DNA of 64,000 nucleotides from Myxococcota bacterium (GCA_039208735.1 JBCCQY010000025.1:4784-68783); one strand, 5' to 3'. Counted from the stretch's first letter, positions 46,912 to 56,896 are shown. Notes: generated by a model not told the origin, from the letters alone. Translations and numbers: made by a program.

Positions 46912-49272
46912 ATGGGTGCATCAGGCGAAACGCGGATCGATGGGCTCACCGGACAGGACTTTTGGCGAACTCATTCCTGGCCCAGTTTTGGTGCGCCTTC
47001 GCTGTGGCTCTCGGACGGTCCTCACGGGCTGCGGAAGAGTCGAAATCCAGCTCAAATGGGCTTGGCGGATCCTGAGCCCGCCACTTGCTTTCCAACTGCC
47101 GCAGCCTTGGCCGCGTCGTGGGATCGACAACTTGTAGAGGAAATCGGGCGGGCGATTGGGCTCGAGGCTCGGGCCCAAGGGGTCCACGTCGTATTGGGCC
47201 CAGGCCTCAATCTCAAGCGTCATCCCTTTGGGGGGCGGAACTTCGAGTACTTCTCGGAAGATCCCTTGCTCGGCGGAACCCTTGCGGGCGCCTGGGTGAA
47301 GGGTTGTCAAAGTGTCGGGGTGGGCGCGTGCCTCAAGCACTTTGTCGCGAACAACCAAGAGCGCCACCGGATGGTGCTCGACGTTCGGATCGACGAGCGA
47401 ACCCTGCGGGAACTCTATCTGCGAGGGTTCGAAATCGCGATCCGCCTGAGCAAGCCCGCTGCCGTGATGGCTTCATACAACCTTGTGAATGGAGTCTACG
47501 CGACAGAACATCCTCTGCTTTCGAACGTGCTGCGAGGGGAATGGGGCTTCGATGGCTTCGTCGTCAGTGACTGGGGGGCGGTATCGGACCGTGTCGCCGC
47601 CTTGCGGGCGGGTTTGGATCTCGAGATGCCCGGCACGGGCCGGATCCACCGTGCCTTGCTGGAAGGTGCGTTGCGCGAAGGGACGTTGTCCGACGTTCAT
47701 GTCGACATGGCGGTGGAGCGCTTGGTGGCGGCGGGACGACGCTTCGGCGAGCCGGAGGCGATCGCGGACGTAAACCCAAGAGACGGGTTGGCGCGCGAGG
47801 CGGCGGCGGCCTGTTGTGTGTTGCTCCAGAATCGGAAAGACGTGCTGCCGCTGGCTGTGAATGACGAGCTGGTGGTCATTGGACAGCTGGCCGAGGAGGC
47901 TCGCTACCAAGGAGCGGGCAGTTCAGGGGTCGTGCCTACGCGCGTGGTGTCCGTCTTGGACGCGCTCCGGGCTTCGCACCGCGAGATTGCTTATGCGCCT
48001 GGCTACACCCTGGATGAAGGGCCCGCGCCCGCCTGGCGTTCCCAGGCCCTGGAGGTGGCCGCTCAGGCGTCGACCGTCATCCTGGTCGCGGGCCTTCCCG
48101 CGCATCACGAGTCCGAAGGCTTCGATCGGACCTCCCTTGCGCTTCCCGACAACCAGGTCGACCTTATCGAAGCGGTGGCCCAGCGCTGCGAACGTGTTGT
48201 GGTGGTGCTCTGCAACGGGTCGCCGGTCGCGATGCCCTGGGCGGACCGTGTGTCGGCCATTGTCGAGGCGTACCTGGGCGGGCAAGCGGGAGGCGCTGGC
48301 ATTGTCGACGTGCTTACGGGAGCCGTAAATCCGTCAGGACGGCTTCCCGAGACGTTCGTCGACCACGAAGCGGCCCACCTCGCCCACTCCGCATGGCCAC
48401 GCAACGGTCGCCAGGTCCGTTATCGCGAGGCCCTCTACGTGGGGTACCGCTGGTTCGACACTGCCGAAGTCGACGTTCGGTTTCCATTTGGGCACGGGCT
48501 TTCCTACACGACCTTCGCATACGGATCGCTTCAAATCACGGTCGACGAGGACGACATCGACGTGTCCCTCGAGGTGTCGAACACCGGCTCTCGAGCTGGG
48601 GCGGAGGTAGTGCAGCTCTATGTCAGCCGCCCGAACAGCGTTGTGTTCCGACCCGCCCAAACACTCCAAGGCTTCGAGAAGGTCCATCTGCAGCAAGGGG
48701 AGACGGCCAATGTCAGGTTTCGGCTTGACCGTCGGTCGTTCGCGCACTGGTCGGTAGCGGAAGGCGATTGGGTCGTGGAAGGGGGCGAGTGGCGCGTGCG
48801 GGTGGGGGCTTCCTCTCGGGACATGAGGCAGATGGCGGCTGTGATCGTGCCGTGGGACGATGGGGTGACCGCGGACGAGGTGCCGGAGGTCTATCGAACC
48901 CCCACATCGGAGCACCCTCCCGACGATCGGGCATTTGCCAAGCTTTACGGCCAACCTTGGCCGGCGCCCCCTCCTGGTCGCCCGTTCCACCGCAACACCA
49001 CGTTGGGTGAATTGCAGCAAACCTGGCTGGGCCGTGGGTTGTATCGGATTGCCGTCCAACAGGCGGTTCGAACCCTGGGCGGCGAGACCAACCTCGCGCT
49101 GCGTCGGATGGCGGAAGCGGCGGTGGCAGAGTTGCCGTTGCGAGGCCTCGTCACCACCGTTCAGGCCCTGGGATGGGAGCAACTCGACGCATTGTTGGCG
49201 GCGCTCAACGGCAGGCCGTGGTCTGCGATGGGGCGATTGCTCAAACTTCGGAGACGACGACGAGCTTCATGA
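46912..49272 (+). CDS. bglX: Glycoside hydrolase family 3 beta-glucosidase (no signal peptide)
   Basis: SDGPHGLRK, KHFVANNQE, GFVVSDWGA (nucleophile Asp), fibronectin-like C-terminal domain. Start set to ATG 46912; start uncertain. Confidence 0.88.
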   Translation: MGASGETRIDGLTGQDFWRTHSWPSFGAPSLWLSDGPHGLRKSRNPAQMGLADPEPATCFPTAAALAASWDRQLVEEIGRAIGLEARAQGVHVVLGPGLNLKRHPFGGRNFEYFSEDPLLGGTLAGAWVKGCQSVGVGACLKHFVANNQERHRMVLDVRIDERTLRELYLRGFEIAIRLSKPAAVMASYNLVNGVYATEHPLLSNVLRGEWGFDGFVVSDWGAVSDRVAALRAGLDLEMPGTGRIHRALLEGALREGTLSDVHVDMAVERLVAAGRRFGEPEAIADVNPRDGLAREAAAACCVLLQNRKDVLPLAVNDELVVIGQLAEEARYQGAGSSGVVPTRVVSVLDALRASHREIAYAPGYTLDEGPAPAWRSQALEVAAQASTVILVAGLPAHHESEGFDRTSLALPDNQVDLIEAVAQRCERVVVVLCNGSPVAMPWADRVSAIVEAYLGGQAGGAGIVDVLTGAVNPSGRLPETFVDHEAAHLAHSAWPRNGRQVRYREALYVGYRWFDTAEVDVRFPFGHGLSYTTFAYGSLQITVDEDDIDVSLEVSNTGSRAGAEVVQLYVSRPNSVVFRPAQTLQGFEKVHLQQGETANVRFRLDRRSFAHWSVAEGDWVVEGGEWRVRVGASSRDMRQMAAVIVPWDDGVTADEVPEVYRTPTSEHPPDDRAFAKLYGQPWPAPPPGRPFHRNTTLGELQQTWLGRGLYRIAVQQAVRTLGGETNLALRRMAEAAVAELPLRGLVTTVQALGWEQLDALLAALNGRPWSAMGRLLKLRRRRRAS

Positions 49273-49642
49273 CTTCACCGATGACGATGACGCTGTAGAC
49301 CACCGCTTGCAAGACCAACGACCATCGTGCATTGATCCGCGCCATACGGACGGGCGTCGCCGAAGCGAGTGGCGCCTTCGAAGCATAGATTCGGCCTCGT
49401 TCGATCCGGGCGAAGACGACGGCCGTCAAGGCCGCCACGGTTCCGAGGCAGGGCATGCACCACATGCCAAGTGAGATTCCTGACAAGGCCCACGCTGCCT
49501 TGGCGAGGAAACCGGCTCGACCGTCGATTCGTTCGCGGAGGAACAGGATGCCTGCAATCACATTGTAGATGCCTAGAAGCACCACAATGCCACTGCCCAA
49601 GACCAGGGCGATGGGAATCAGGAAGTTGTTGGCCAGATCCAC
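49241..49642 (-). CDS. Small 4-TM membrane protein, unknown function
   Basis: Four hydrophobic segments. Begins 1 nt after the GPP34 gene stop. 3' end overlaps the GH3 gene by 32 nt. Confidence 0.5.
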   Translation of the reverse strand: MDLANNFLIPIALVLGSGIVVLLGIYNVIAGILFLRERIDGRAGFLAKAAWALSGISLGMWCMPCLGTVAALTAVVFARIERGRIYASKAPLASATPVRMARINARWSLVLQAVVYSVIVIGEVMKLVVVSEV

Positions 49643-49643
49643 G

Positions 49644-50282
49644 TCAGCCTCCCCAGGTCTCGGCTTGCTTCACAACGGTGCTGAGCGCCCGGACGATGGC
49701 GTCACGATCGGCCACCCAGCGGGCCCGTGCTCGTGCATCTTCGGCGTCGTCACCGAAAACCCAGGGTTCGAGGTGGCACACGACGGTAAGCCCGAGTAGC
49801 GTGCCGTCCCTTGGCATGACCCGATCGCCCTGCGCGAGCGCGCTTTGCAGTTGGGCAATCAGATCGGTTTCGACGCTGGGATCCTCAAGAGGAAAGGTCA
49901 GTTGATCGGGAAGCATGGTTCGGTGACGACCCTCGGCCCGAAGCACCCCTCGATCGGCGAGCGCGCGCGCGATGCGCATGCGAAGGCTCGGCAGCGCGGT
50001 CAGTGCCTTCAACCAATCGACAGCGGGGCCTGGCTCGGTGCGGTTGACGAGCAGCATCCAGGCCTCGGCGAGCAACGGATCATCGGGCGCTTCAGGCGCA
50101 TCGGGATGTCGTCGCGCTTGCCCGTCCCGTTTGGTTTGCACGAAACCCTGGAGCCGTAGCTCGGCGAGTATGGCAGCCCGCAAACCATGGTCAATCGCAA
50201 TGAACGCCGAAGGATGCACCGTGCCTCGTTCGTCGTGCAAGGCGAACAGCAACAGGGCCTCGGGTAGACTGGGAGCGTTCAT
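49644..50282 (-). CDS. GPP34/GOLPH3-family protein
   Basis: MNAPSLPEALLLFALHDERGTVH...GLRAAILAELRLQGFV is the characteristic GPP34 N-terminus. Start ATG 50282. Confidence 0.7.
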   Translation of the reverse strand: MNAPSLPEALLLFALHDERGTVHPSAFIAIDHGLRAAILAELRLQGFVQTKRDGQARRHPDAPEAPDDPLLAEAWMLLVNRTEPGPAVDWLKALTALPSLRMRIARALADRGVLRAEGRHRTMLPDQLTFPLEDPSVETDLIAQLQSALAQGDRVMPRDGTLLGLTVVCHLEPWVFGDDAEDARARARWVADRDAIVRALSTVVKQAETWGG

Positions 50283-50310
50283 CCGCCTCTCTTTAACGCT
50301 GCGCCTCGAA

Positions 50311-50363
50311 TGACAACCTGTCACCCGGTGGCCTTCGGCTCGCTGGTGTCTGACAGGTTGTCT
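50311..50363. promoter_or_regulatory. Two 13-bp palindromic sites, TGACAACCTGTCA (50311-50323) and TGACAGGTTGTCT (50351-50363): candidate enhancer-binding-protein UAS
   Basis: Read directly. Each is TGACA-N3-TGTC(A). The two are reverse complements at 12/13 positions, centres 40 bp apart, 53-105 nt upstream of the -24 element. Confidence 0.55.
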
Positions 50364-50415
50364 TCTGAACGGCTCCTTTGAAGGGCCCACGAAGCAGATT
50401 GTGGGGCTGGGCGGC

Positions 50416-50431
50416 TGGCACGAGACTTGCT
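50416..50431 (+). promoter_or_regulatory. Sigma-54 (RpoN) -24/-12 promoter TGGCACGAGACTTGCT
   Basis: Exact match to TGGCACG-N4-TTGCW, correctly oriented, 64 nt upstream of the gspC GTG (50495). Confidence 0.75.
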
Positions 50432-50494
50432 AAACAGGCTGCCCGTAGTGCTGCGCCTCCTTGGATGGCGTGGGTTGGGGCGACGGAGGAATCG

Positions 50495-51400
50495 GTGAAT
50501 CCGAACCTGATGGGTGGCATTCTGGCGGCAGCCACGCTGATTTCAGCGGGTACGGCCTACGGGGTGAACCAGGTGATTGCGACTCAGCTCGCGCCGGAGG
50601 TGGTTGCCGAAGAGGCGGCCCCCCCCGAAGCGCCCGCCGCCGCGCCCCGTGTGGCCCGCCGAGGTCGCGGTCGTCGCGTCCCCACGGCCGAGGAGTACCT
50701 CGACGGCATCATGCGACGAAACATCTTCGACGTATCGGTGATTGAATCCTGGGATCCCCAACCCGAGGAATCGGCAGGGGGGGCCCAGGAGACGCCGTTG
50801 CGAGTTCGGTTGTTGGGAACGGTTGTGGCGAATGATCCTCGTTTTTCGTCCGCGCTTATCGCAAGCGAGGATGAACCCTACTCGAAGGGCTACTCCATCG
50901 GAGACGCGCTGGCCGATCGTACGATCGTCGAGATCATCAAGGGCAAGGTGAAGCTCGAACGTTCCGATGGTGCGTTCGAATGGCTGTCCATCGACGATGA
51001 GGAAGGCAAGCGGGTGACCGCGTCGACTCAGCGTGAACCCGAAGGCGACGACGATTCGGGGGTTCAGCAGACGAGCGACAACCGCTTCAGCGTCTCTCGC
51101 GACCTTTTCGACAAGTACATCAATGACATGGAGTCGATCACCAAGCTCGGCCGCGCGCTATTGCACCGCGGTCCGGATGGCTCCTTCGACGGGTACCGCC
51201 TCGCGGCGATCCGGCGCAATACCTTGGCGGATCAGCTCGGCATCAAGAATGGCGACATCATCCACTCGGTGAATGGCGAGCCTCTGACTTCGCTACAGGC
51301 TGCGATGAACGCCTACAACACGATGCAGAGCGAGTCCAATTTCTGTTTTGAGATTACCCGGCGGCGCAAGCCCGTCGAGCTCTGCTACGACGTCCGTTAA
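50495..51400 (+). CDS. gspC: Type II secretion system protein C (TM anchor plus C-terminal PDZ)
   Basis: Start moved to GTG 50495 (GGAGGA 4 nt upstream) because the track start 50378 lies upstream of the sigma-54 promoter. TM GGILAAATLISAGTAYGV. PDZ-like GYRLAAIRRNTLADQLGIKNGDIIHSVNGEPL. Confidence 0.8.
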   Translation: MNPNLMGGILAAATLISAGTAYGVNQVIATQLAPEVVAEEAAPPEAPAAAPRVARRGRGRRVPTAEEYLDGIMRRNIFDVSVIESWDPQPEESAGGAQETPLRVRLLGTVVANDPRFSSALIASEDEPYSKGYSIGDALADRTIVEIIKGKVKLERSDGAFEWLSIDDEEGKRVTASTQREPEGDDDSGVQQTSDNRFSVSRDLFDKYINDMESITKLGRALLHRGPDGSFDGYRLAAIRRNTLADQLGIKNGDIIHSVNGEPLTSLQAAMNAYNTMQSESNFCFEITRRRKPVELCYDVR

Positions 51401-51419
51401 CCCGAATCCCGAGTAAGAC

Positions 51420-53918
51420 GTGAAGTTCAACCAAGACAATCGCTCGGTGCAGACCTCGGCGGCAGCCTCCGCGAGCCGCACCGTCTTCCGCCTCGGACAG
51501 CGCCTGGCCGTCGTGCTCCTCGTTGCGGGCTGGTCCTCGGTCGCGTTCGGACAGGAACCCATCGTCGAGAAGCGCTCGGACGGCACGACGGTGGTTTCGC
51601 CGCCCAACCCGGTCAAGATTGGCGACCAGGTGGCCCCGGACCCCAGCCGTGCGTCGAAAGTGTCGCTCACCTTCGGGCCCGAGACGTCGATCTACGACCT
51701 CATTCTGTTCTTTGCTCCGATCAAGCGGATCAACTTTGTGATCAGCGACATCAAGGAGCTTCAGAACCAGAAGGTCACGATCATCTCGAACCAGGAAGTC
51801 GCCGGCAGTGCAGCGTGGGAGGCGTTTCTCTCGGCGCTCGAGGTCAGCGGATACAGCCTGTCGATTGTGGGCGACACTGCGAAGGTCGTGAAGTCAGCCG
51901 AAGCGGGGAAGAAGCCCATTCGCATCGGCAAGGTGGGCGACCCCATCCGATCGAGCGACGACTACGTCACGCACCTCATCCAGCTCAACAACACCCGTGT
52001 CGATGACATGCTCAAGGTCATCCAAACGATGGCCCCGAGCGAGGCCAAGATCGTGGCCTACCCGCCGACGAATACGCTCATCATCACGGACACGGCGTCG
52101 AACATTCGCAAGCTGTACGAGGTGATGAACGAACTTGACGTGGCCGCACCGAAGTCGACGCTGAAGATCTACCAGCTCGTTCACGCTGATGCGGCCGAGG
52201 TGAAGACGATCATCGAAGAGCTGTACGGCGGTGAGGAATCGAAGGAGCCCGAGCCGCAGAGCCGGGTTCGTCGAAGCAGCCGGGCACGGTCTCGTCGTTC
52301 GCGGACGCCCGCCAAGGAGTCGACCGAGGGCGTGTCGGCAGGGTCCGAGGCCAAGTACATTTCGAAGGTTCTCGAAGACGACCGTACCAACTCGCTCATC
52401 GTGCTCGCGAACCAAGATGGCCACAAGGCCGTCGCCGAGCTGATGCTGAAGCTCGACGTCGACACCGATCCCACCTCGGGATCGCAGTTCCACGTCTACT
52501 ACCTCGAGAATGCGAAGGCCGAGGATGTGGCTTCGGTGCTTCAGGAACTCTCGGAAGGTGGGGGCTCCGACAACCAGTCGCAGAACGTGGCGCAGCGACG
52601 GCAGGCCCAGCGCAATCGGAACCGCACCAACCCCAACGCGCCCGAGCAGAATGCCGAGGGCAAGCGGGGAGTCATTGCGGCCTTCGACTCGGGCATGCGC
52701 ATCGCAGCGGACGAGAACACAAACTCGCTCATCATCATTGCGAGCCAAGATGACTACAAGGTCATCCGCGATGTCATCGACTCGCTGGACGTCGAGCGCC
52801 GTCAGGTCTTCGTCGACGCGGTAGTGCTCGAGCTGTCCAGTGAAGATGCAGCGTCGCTGGGGGTTGCCTACCACGCGCCGACATCGGGCAATCCCGACGG
52901 GACGGGCACCACGAGCTTCGTGGGCGCCCAGCTTGGAGCAAGTTCGCTCGGCCTTTCGCAGGATGCGCTTTCAGGCTTGGCCTTCGGCGTGTTTGGCGAA
53001 GCGATCGATGTGCCCATCACGTTGCCCGACGGCAGCGCCAGCACGTTGGCCGTTCCGGCATTCGGGATCGCGCTCAATGCGATCAAGACGTTTGGTTCCA
53101 CCAACATCATCTCGAACCCGAACCTCACCACGCTCGATAACGAAGAGGCCGAAATCACCGTCGGTCGGAAGATTCCCTTCCCCACCTCGAGCGGTCTCAA
53201 CAGCTTGGGTTCGCCCGTCATCAGCTTCCAGCGTGAAGACGTCGCCATCACGATGAAGGTCACGCCGCGCATCAACAGCGCAAACTTTGTGACGCTCGAA
53301 CTCGAAGTTGAGGTCCAGGAAGTCGAAGAGAGTGCCCAGAGTTCTGCTGTCACGGCGGCGGGCGGTGGTTTCATCACCTCCGAGCGTCGGCTACAGACCG
53401 TCGCGCTCGTGCGGGACAATCAGACGATGGTGATCGGCGGCCTGGTGGGTTCCACCGAGAGTACGAGCGAGACCAAGGTGCCGATCCTTGGCGATTTGCC
53501 GCTCATCGGCGGGTTGTTCCGGTCCCGGTCACGCCAGGACCGCAAGACCAACCTCATGATCTTCCTCACGCCGCACATCATCGATGAGCCCGAAGACATG
53601 GAAGAGATCCAGCGGGTCAAGGAAGCCCAGCGCCAGGAGTTCCTGCGTCGCTTCTACGGCCGCAGCAAGGACGATTTCTACAAGGAGCTGCAGAACCTGC
53701 TGCGCTACTCCATGAACTTTGTGGACCAGCCCACGATGTACCGAGGGCCGCTCGACATGGCACAGAGCGTCGAGCTTTCGGATGACACGCGGGCCGCCGT
53801 GCAGTCGGCGGTGCTGAGTGCAGGGGAACAGGAGCCGGGGGCGGCCGCGGGCGAACTGCCAGAGAGCGACACCCTCATCATCGACGACCAGGCCACGCCG
53901 CCGAGCGGCAAGGAGTAG
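51420..53918 (+). CDS. gspD: Type II secretion system secretin
   Basis: Signal peptide, N0-N3 domains, secretin core (SNPNLTTLDNEEAEITVGRKIPF...VPILGDLPLIGGLFRS...NLMIFLTPHII). Confidence 0.95.
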   Translation: MKFNQDNRSVQTSAAASASRTVFRLGQRLAVVLLVAGWSSVAFGQEPIVEKRSDGTTVVSPPNPVKIGDQVAPDPSRASKVSLTFGPETSIYDLILFFAPIKRINFVISDIKELQNQKVTIISNQEVAGSAAWEAFLSALEVSGYSLSIVGDTAKVVKSAEAGKKPIRIGKVGDPIRSSDDYVTHLIQLNNTRVDDMLKVIQTMAPSEAKIVAYPPTNTLIITDTASNIRKLYEVMNELDVAAPKSTLKIYQLVHADAAEVKTIIEELYGGEESKEPEPQSRVRRSSRARSRRSRTPAKESTEGVSAGSEAKYISKVLEDDRTNSLIVLANQDGHKAVAELMLKLDVDTDPTSGSQFHVYYLENAKAEDVASVLQELSEGGGSDNQSQNVAQRRQAQRNRNRTNPNAPEQNAEGKRGVIAAFDSGMRIAADENTNSLIIIASQDDYKVIRDVIDSLDVERRQVFVDAVVLELSSEDAASLGVAYHAPTSGNPDGTGTTSFVGAQLGASSLGLSQDALSGLAFGVFGEAIDVPITLPDGSASTLAVPAFGIALNAIKTFGSTNIISNPNLTTLDNEEAEITVGRKIPFPTSSGLNSLGSPVISFQREDVAITMKVTPRINSANFVTLELEVEVQEVEESAQSSAVTAAGGGFITSERRLQTVALVRDNQTMVIGGLVGSTESTSETKVPILGDLPLIGGLFRSRSRQDRKTNLMIFLTPHIIDEPEDMEEIQRVKEAQRQEFLRRFYGRSKDDFYKELQNLLRYSMNFVDQPTMYRGPLDMAQSVELSDDTRAAVQSAVLSAGEQEPGAAAGELPESDTLIIDDQATPPSGKE

Positions 53919-53923
53919 GACCG

Positions 53924-55642
53924 ATGCCCATCCGTCGGGTCGGCATCGACGAGTCGATGCGTGAACTTGGGGTTGAAGAAGAGGCCCTGAACAAGGCAAA
54001 GACCGTCGCGAATCGCAAGGAAATTTCGTTTCGGCGAGCCGCCATGGAGGTCAAGGAGTTCGATACGAAGGCCATGGCGCAGGCCTACGCCCGGTTGTCG
54101 AACTACCCCCTTGTCGAGACGATCGACGCCGAACAGACGGACCCCGAGTACATCCGGATGATGCCGTCGACGATCGCTCGCGACAATGCGGTGTTGCCGC
54201 TGCATGTCGACGAGCAAGGCCAGCTGCACGTTGGGATTGCAGATCTCGATGCCATCGCGATTCTCGATGACCTGCGGGTGCTCTATGGCCATCCCATTCG
54301 TCCGGTCATCGTGCCGGCGGACGTGCTCGCCGACGCCATGCAGGAAGCCTACGATCGAGCGGCGCAGTCGGCCGAAGCGATCATCGAGAAGGCCGATGAA
54401 GAGGCCGAGGATGTTGGAGATGTCGATGCGCTCGATATCGACGCCGAGATTGGGGACGATCCCAACCAAGCCCCCATCATTCGCTTCGTGAACGCAGTGC
54501 TCTCGCAGGCCATCAAGGAGCGAGCGAGCGATATCCATATCGAGCCTTACGAAAAGGACCTCGTCGTGCGCTACCGCGTCGACGGTGTCCTCAAGGAAGC
54601 CATTCGGCCGAAAGCCAAGTTCAAGAACACGATCGTGGCCCGCATCAAAATCATGGCCGGTCTGAACATCGCCGAGAAGCGCCTGCCGCAGGATGGCCGC
54701 ATCCGACGTAAATTCGGCGGTCGTGAGATCGACCTGCGCGTCTCGACGGTGCCCGTACGCCACGGCGAACGCGTGGTCATGCGGATCCTCGAGAAGGGCA
54801 AGGTGTTCTCGCTCGACAAAATCGGGATGGCGGGCGATACGCTCGGCCGCTTCCGAGAGCTGATTCGTCGGCCCCACGGCATCTTGCTCGTCACGGGACC
54901 GACAGGGTCTGGGAAGTCGACCACGCTGTACTCGGCGATCACCGAGATCAACAGCCCCGACAAGAACATCCTCACCATCGAGGACCCGGTCGAGTACGAA
55001 GCGCCAGGCGTTGGCCAGGTGCAGGTGAATCACAAGATCAACCTCACCTTCGCATCCGCGCTCCGCGCGTTTCTTCGACAGGACCCCGACGTCATTCTGG
55101 TGGGCGAGATTCGAGACTCCGAGACGGCGGCTAACGCAGTCCAAGCCTCGCTAACGGGCCACCTCGTGTTCTCGACCCTCCACACCAATGACTCCGCGAC
55201 GGCGTTTGCCCGTCTGTGCGACATGGATGTGGAATCGTTTTTGGTCGCCGACACGATGCTCGGGGTCTTGGCCCAGCGCCTCGTGCGGGCGGTGTGCAAG
55301 CATTGCCGCGAGCAGTACGTACCTGACGAGCTGGAGCTGCGCGAAATCGGGTGCACCGAAGAACAAATCAAGCAAGTGCCCAACGCGACCATCTACCGGG
55401 CTGTAGGCTGCCCGGAATGCAACGACGTGGGCTACTCCGGTCGAACCGGCATCTACGAGTTCCTCGAAAACAGCGATGAAGTGCAGCGTTTGGTCATCCA
55501 AAACGCACCGTCGGGCCAGATCAGCCGGGCCGCGCGCGAGGCGGGCATGTTTTCGCTGTTCGAAGATGGTGTGCGCAAGGTCTTCCAGGGGGTAACCACG
55601 TTCGAGGAAGTGAAGCGCGTGACCTCTTCCGAGCTGGGGTGA
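53924..55642 (+). CDS. gspE: Type II secretion system ATPase
   Basis: GPTGSGKSTTLY Walker A, Asp box, ILVGEIRD Walker B, His box, tetracysteine CKHC...CPEC. Confidence 0.96.
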   Translation: MPIRRVGIDESMRELGVEEEALNKAKTVANRKEISFRRAAMEVKEFDTKAMAQAYARLSNYPLVETIDAEQTDPEYIRMMPSTIARDNAVLPLHVDEQGQLHVGIADLDAIAILDDLRVLYGHPIRPVIVPADVLADAMQEAYDRAAQSAEAIIEKADEEAEDVGDVDALDIDAEIGDDPNQAPIIRFVNAVLSQAIKERASDIHIEPYEKDLVVRYRVDGVLKEAIRPKAKFKNTIVARIKIMAGLNIAEKRLPQDGRIRRKFGGREIDLRVSTVPVRHGERVVMRILEKGKVFSLDKIGMAGDTLGRFRELIRRPHGILLVTGPTGSGKSTTLYSAITEINSPDKNILTIEDPVEYEAPGVGQVQVNHKINLTFASALRAFLRQDPDVILVGEIRDSETAANAVQASLTGHLVFSTLHTNDSATAFARLCDMDVESFLVADTMLGVLAQRLVRAVCKHCREQYVPDELELREIGCTEEQIKQVPNATIYRAVGCPECNDVGYSGRTGIYEFLENSDEVQRLVIQNAPSGQISRAAREAGMFSLFEDGVRKVFQGVTTFEEVKRVTSSELG

Positions 55643-55645
55643 CGC

Positions 55646-56896
55646 ATGCCGGTCTATGAGTACAAGGCGCTGGACGCCGCTGGAAAGTCTGTCTCGAGTG
55701 TCATCGATGCGGATACGGCCAAGGTGGCGCGCACCCGGTTGCGCAAACAAGGCCTTTTTCCTACCGAGATCCGCGAACAGGCCGGCAAGAGTACCCGTCA
55801 GGGTGAATCCATCCTCGACATGCAGATCGATGTCGAGAAGTACTTCCAGTTCATCACGGCTCGCGACATTTCGACCATGACCCAGCAGCTCTCGACGCTG
55901 GTGGGAGCCCACGTGCCCATGGCCGAGGCGCTGTCGGCCTTGGTCGACCAGACCGAAAAGCAGAAGCTCAAGGTCGTGCTTTCGAAGATCAAGGAACGGG
56001 TCAACGAAGGGTCGACGCTTGCCGACGCGATGGCCCAGCATCCGCGGGTGTTCGACGACCTGTTCGTGCAGATGATTCGGGCGGGCGAGAAGTCGGGGGC
56101 GTTGTCGGAGGTGCTCCACCGCCTCGCGACGTACGCCGATGGCCAGGTGAAGCTTCAGGGCAAGATCATCTCGGCCGTGGCCTACCCCATTTTGCTCGGT
56201 CTGATGGGTACGGGCATGCTGGCGGGCATCTTTCTGTTCGTCATTCCGCGCGTGCGGACCATGTTCGACAGCATGCCTGGCGGCGAAGAGAACCTGCCGT
56301 TCATCTCTAAGGCGGTGTTCTTCTTTGGGGATGCGCTGACCAGCTGGACGGGCTTGCTTGTGCCTGTGTTTTTGGTCGCGACGTTCCTCGTATGGCGACA
56401 GTGGGTGCGTACCGAAAATGGTCGCGCCACCTGGGACCGTTGGCGTTTGAAGTGGCCGTTGCTCGGCAAGATGGCGCGTTTGGTTTCGGTAAGTCGCTTC
56501 TGTCGCACCATGTCGACGTTGCTCGTGTCGGGCGTGCCCATCGTTAGTGCGCTCAAGATCACCGAAGCAGTCGTGGGCAACGTGGTCATTGGCGAAGCGG
56601 TCGTACGGGCGACCGAGAGCATTCAGGAAGGTCAGTCGATCGCGGTGCCTCTGCGCCAGTCGGGTGAGTTTCCGCCTCTTGTGACGCACATGATCGGCAT
56701 CGGTGAGCGGACCGGCGAACTCGAACGCATGCTCACTGTGGTCGCCGATTCCTACGACGATCAAGTCGATGCAACGATCACCGCGCTGACCTCGCTGCTG
56801 GCGCCGTTGATGATCTTTGCCGTCGGCGGGGTGGTCTTTTTGGTCGCGCTGGGGCTCCTGCTGCCCCTGCAGAACATGATGTCGGCGATGCGCTGA
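55646..56896 (+). CDS. gspF: Type II secretion system inner-membrane platform protein
   Basis: Duplicated T2SSF domains, three TM segments, typical MPVYEYKALDAAGK N-terminus. Confidence 0.95.
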   Translation: MPVYEYKALDAAGKSVSSVIDADTAKVARTRLRKQGLFPTEIREQAGKSTRQGESILDMQIDVEKYFQFITARDISTMTQQLSTLVGAHVPMAEALSALVDQTEKQKLKVVLSKIKERVNEGSTLADAMAQHPRVFDDLFVQMIRAGEKSGALSEVLHRLATYADGQVKLQGKIISAVAYPILLGLMGTGMLAGIFLFVIPRVRTMFDSMPGGEENLPFISKAVFFFGDALTSWTGLLVPVFLVATFLVWRQWVRTENGRATWDRWRLKWPLLGKMARLVSVSRFCRTMSTLLVSGVPIVSALKITEAVVGNVVIGEAVVRATESIQEGQSIAVPLRQSGEFPPLVTHMIGIGERTGELERMLTVVADSYDDQVDATITALTSLLAPLMIFAVGGVVFLVALGLLLPLQNMMSAMR

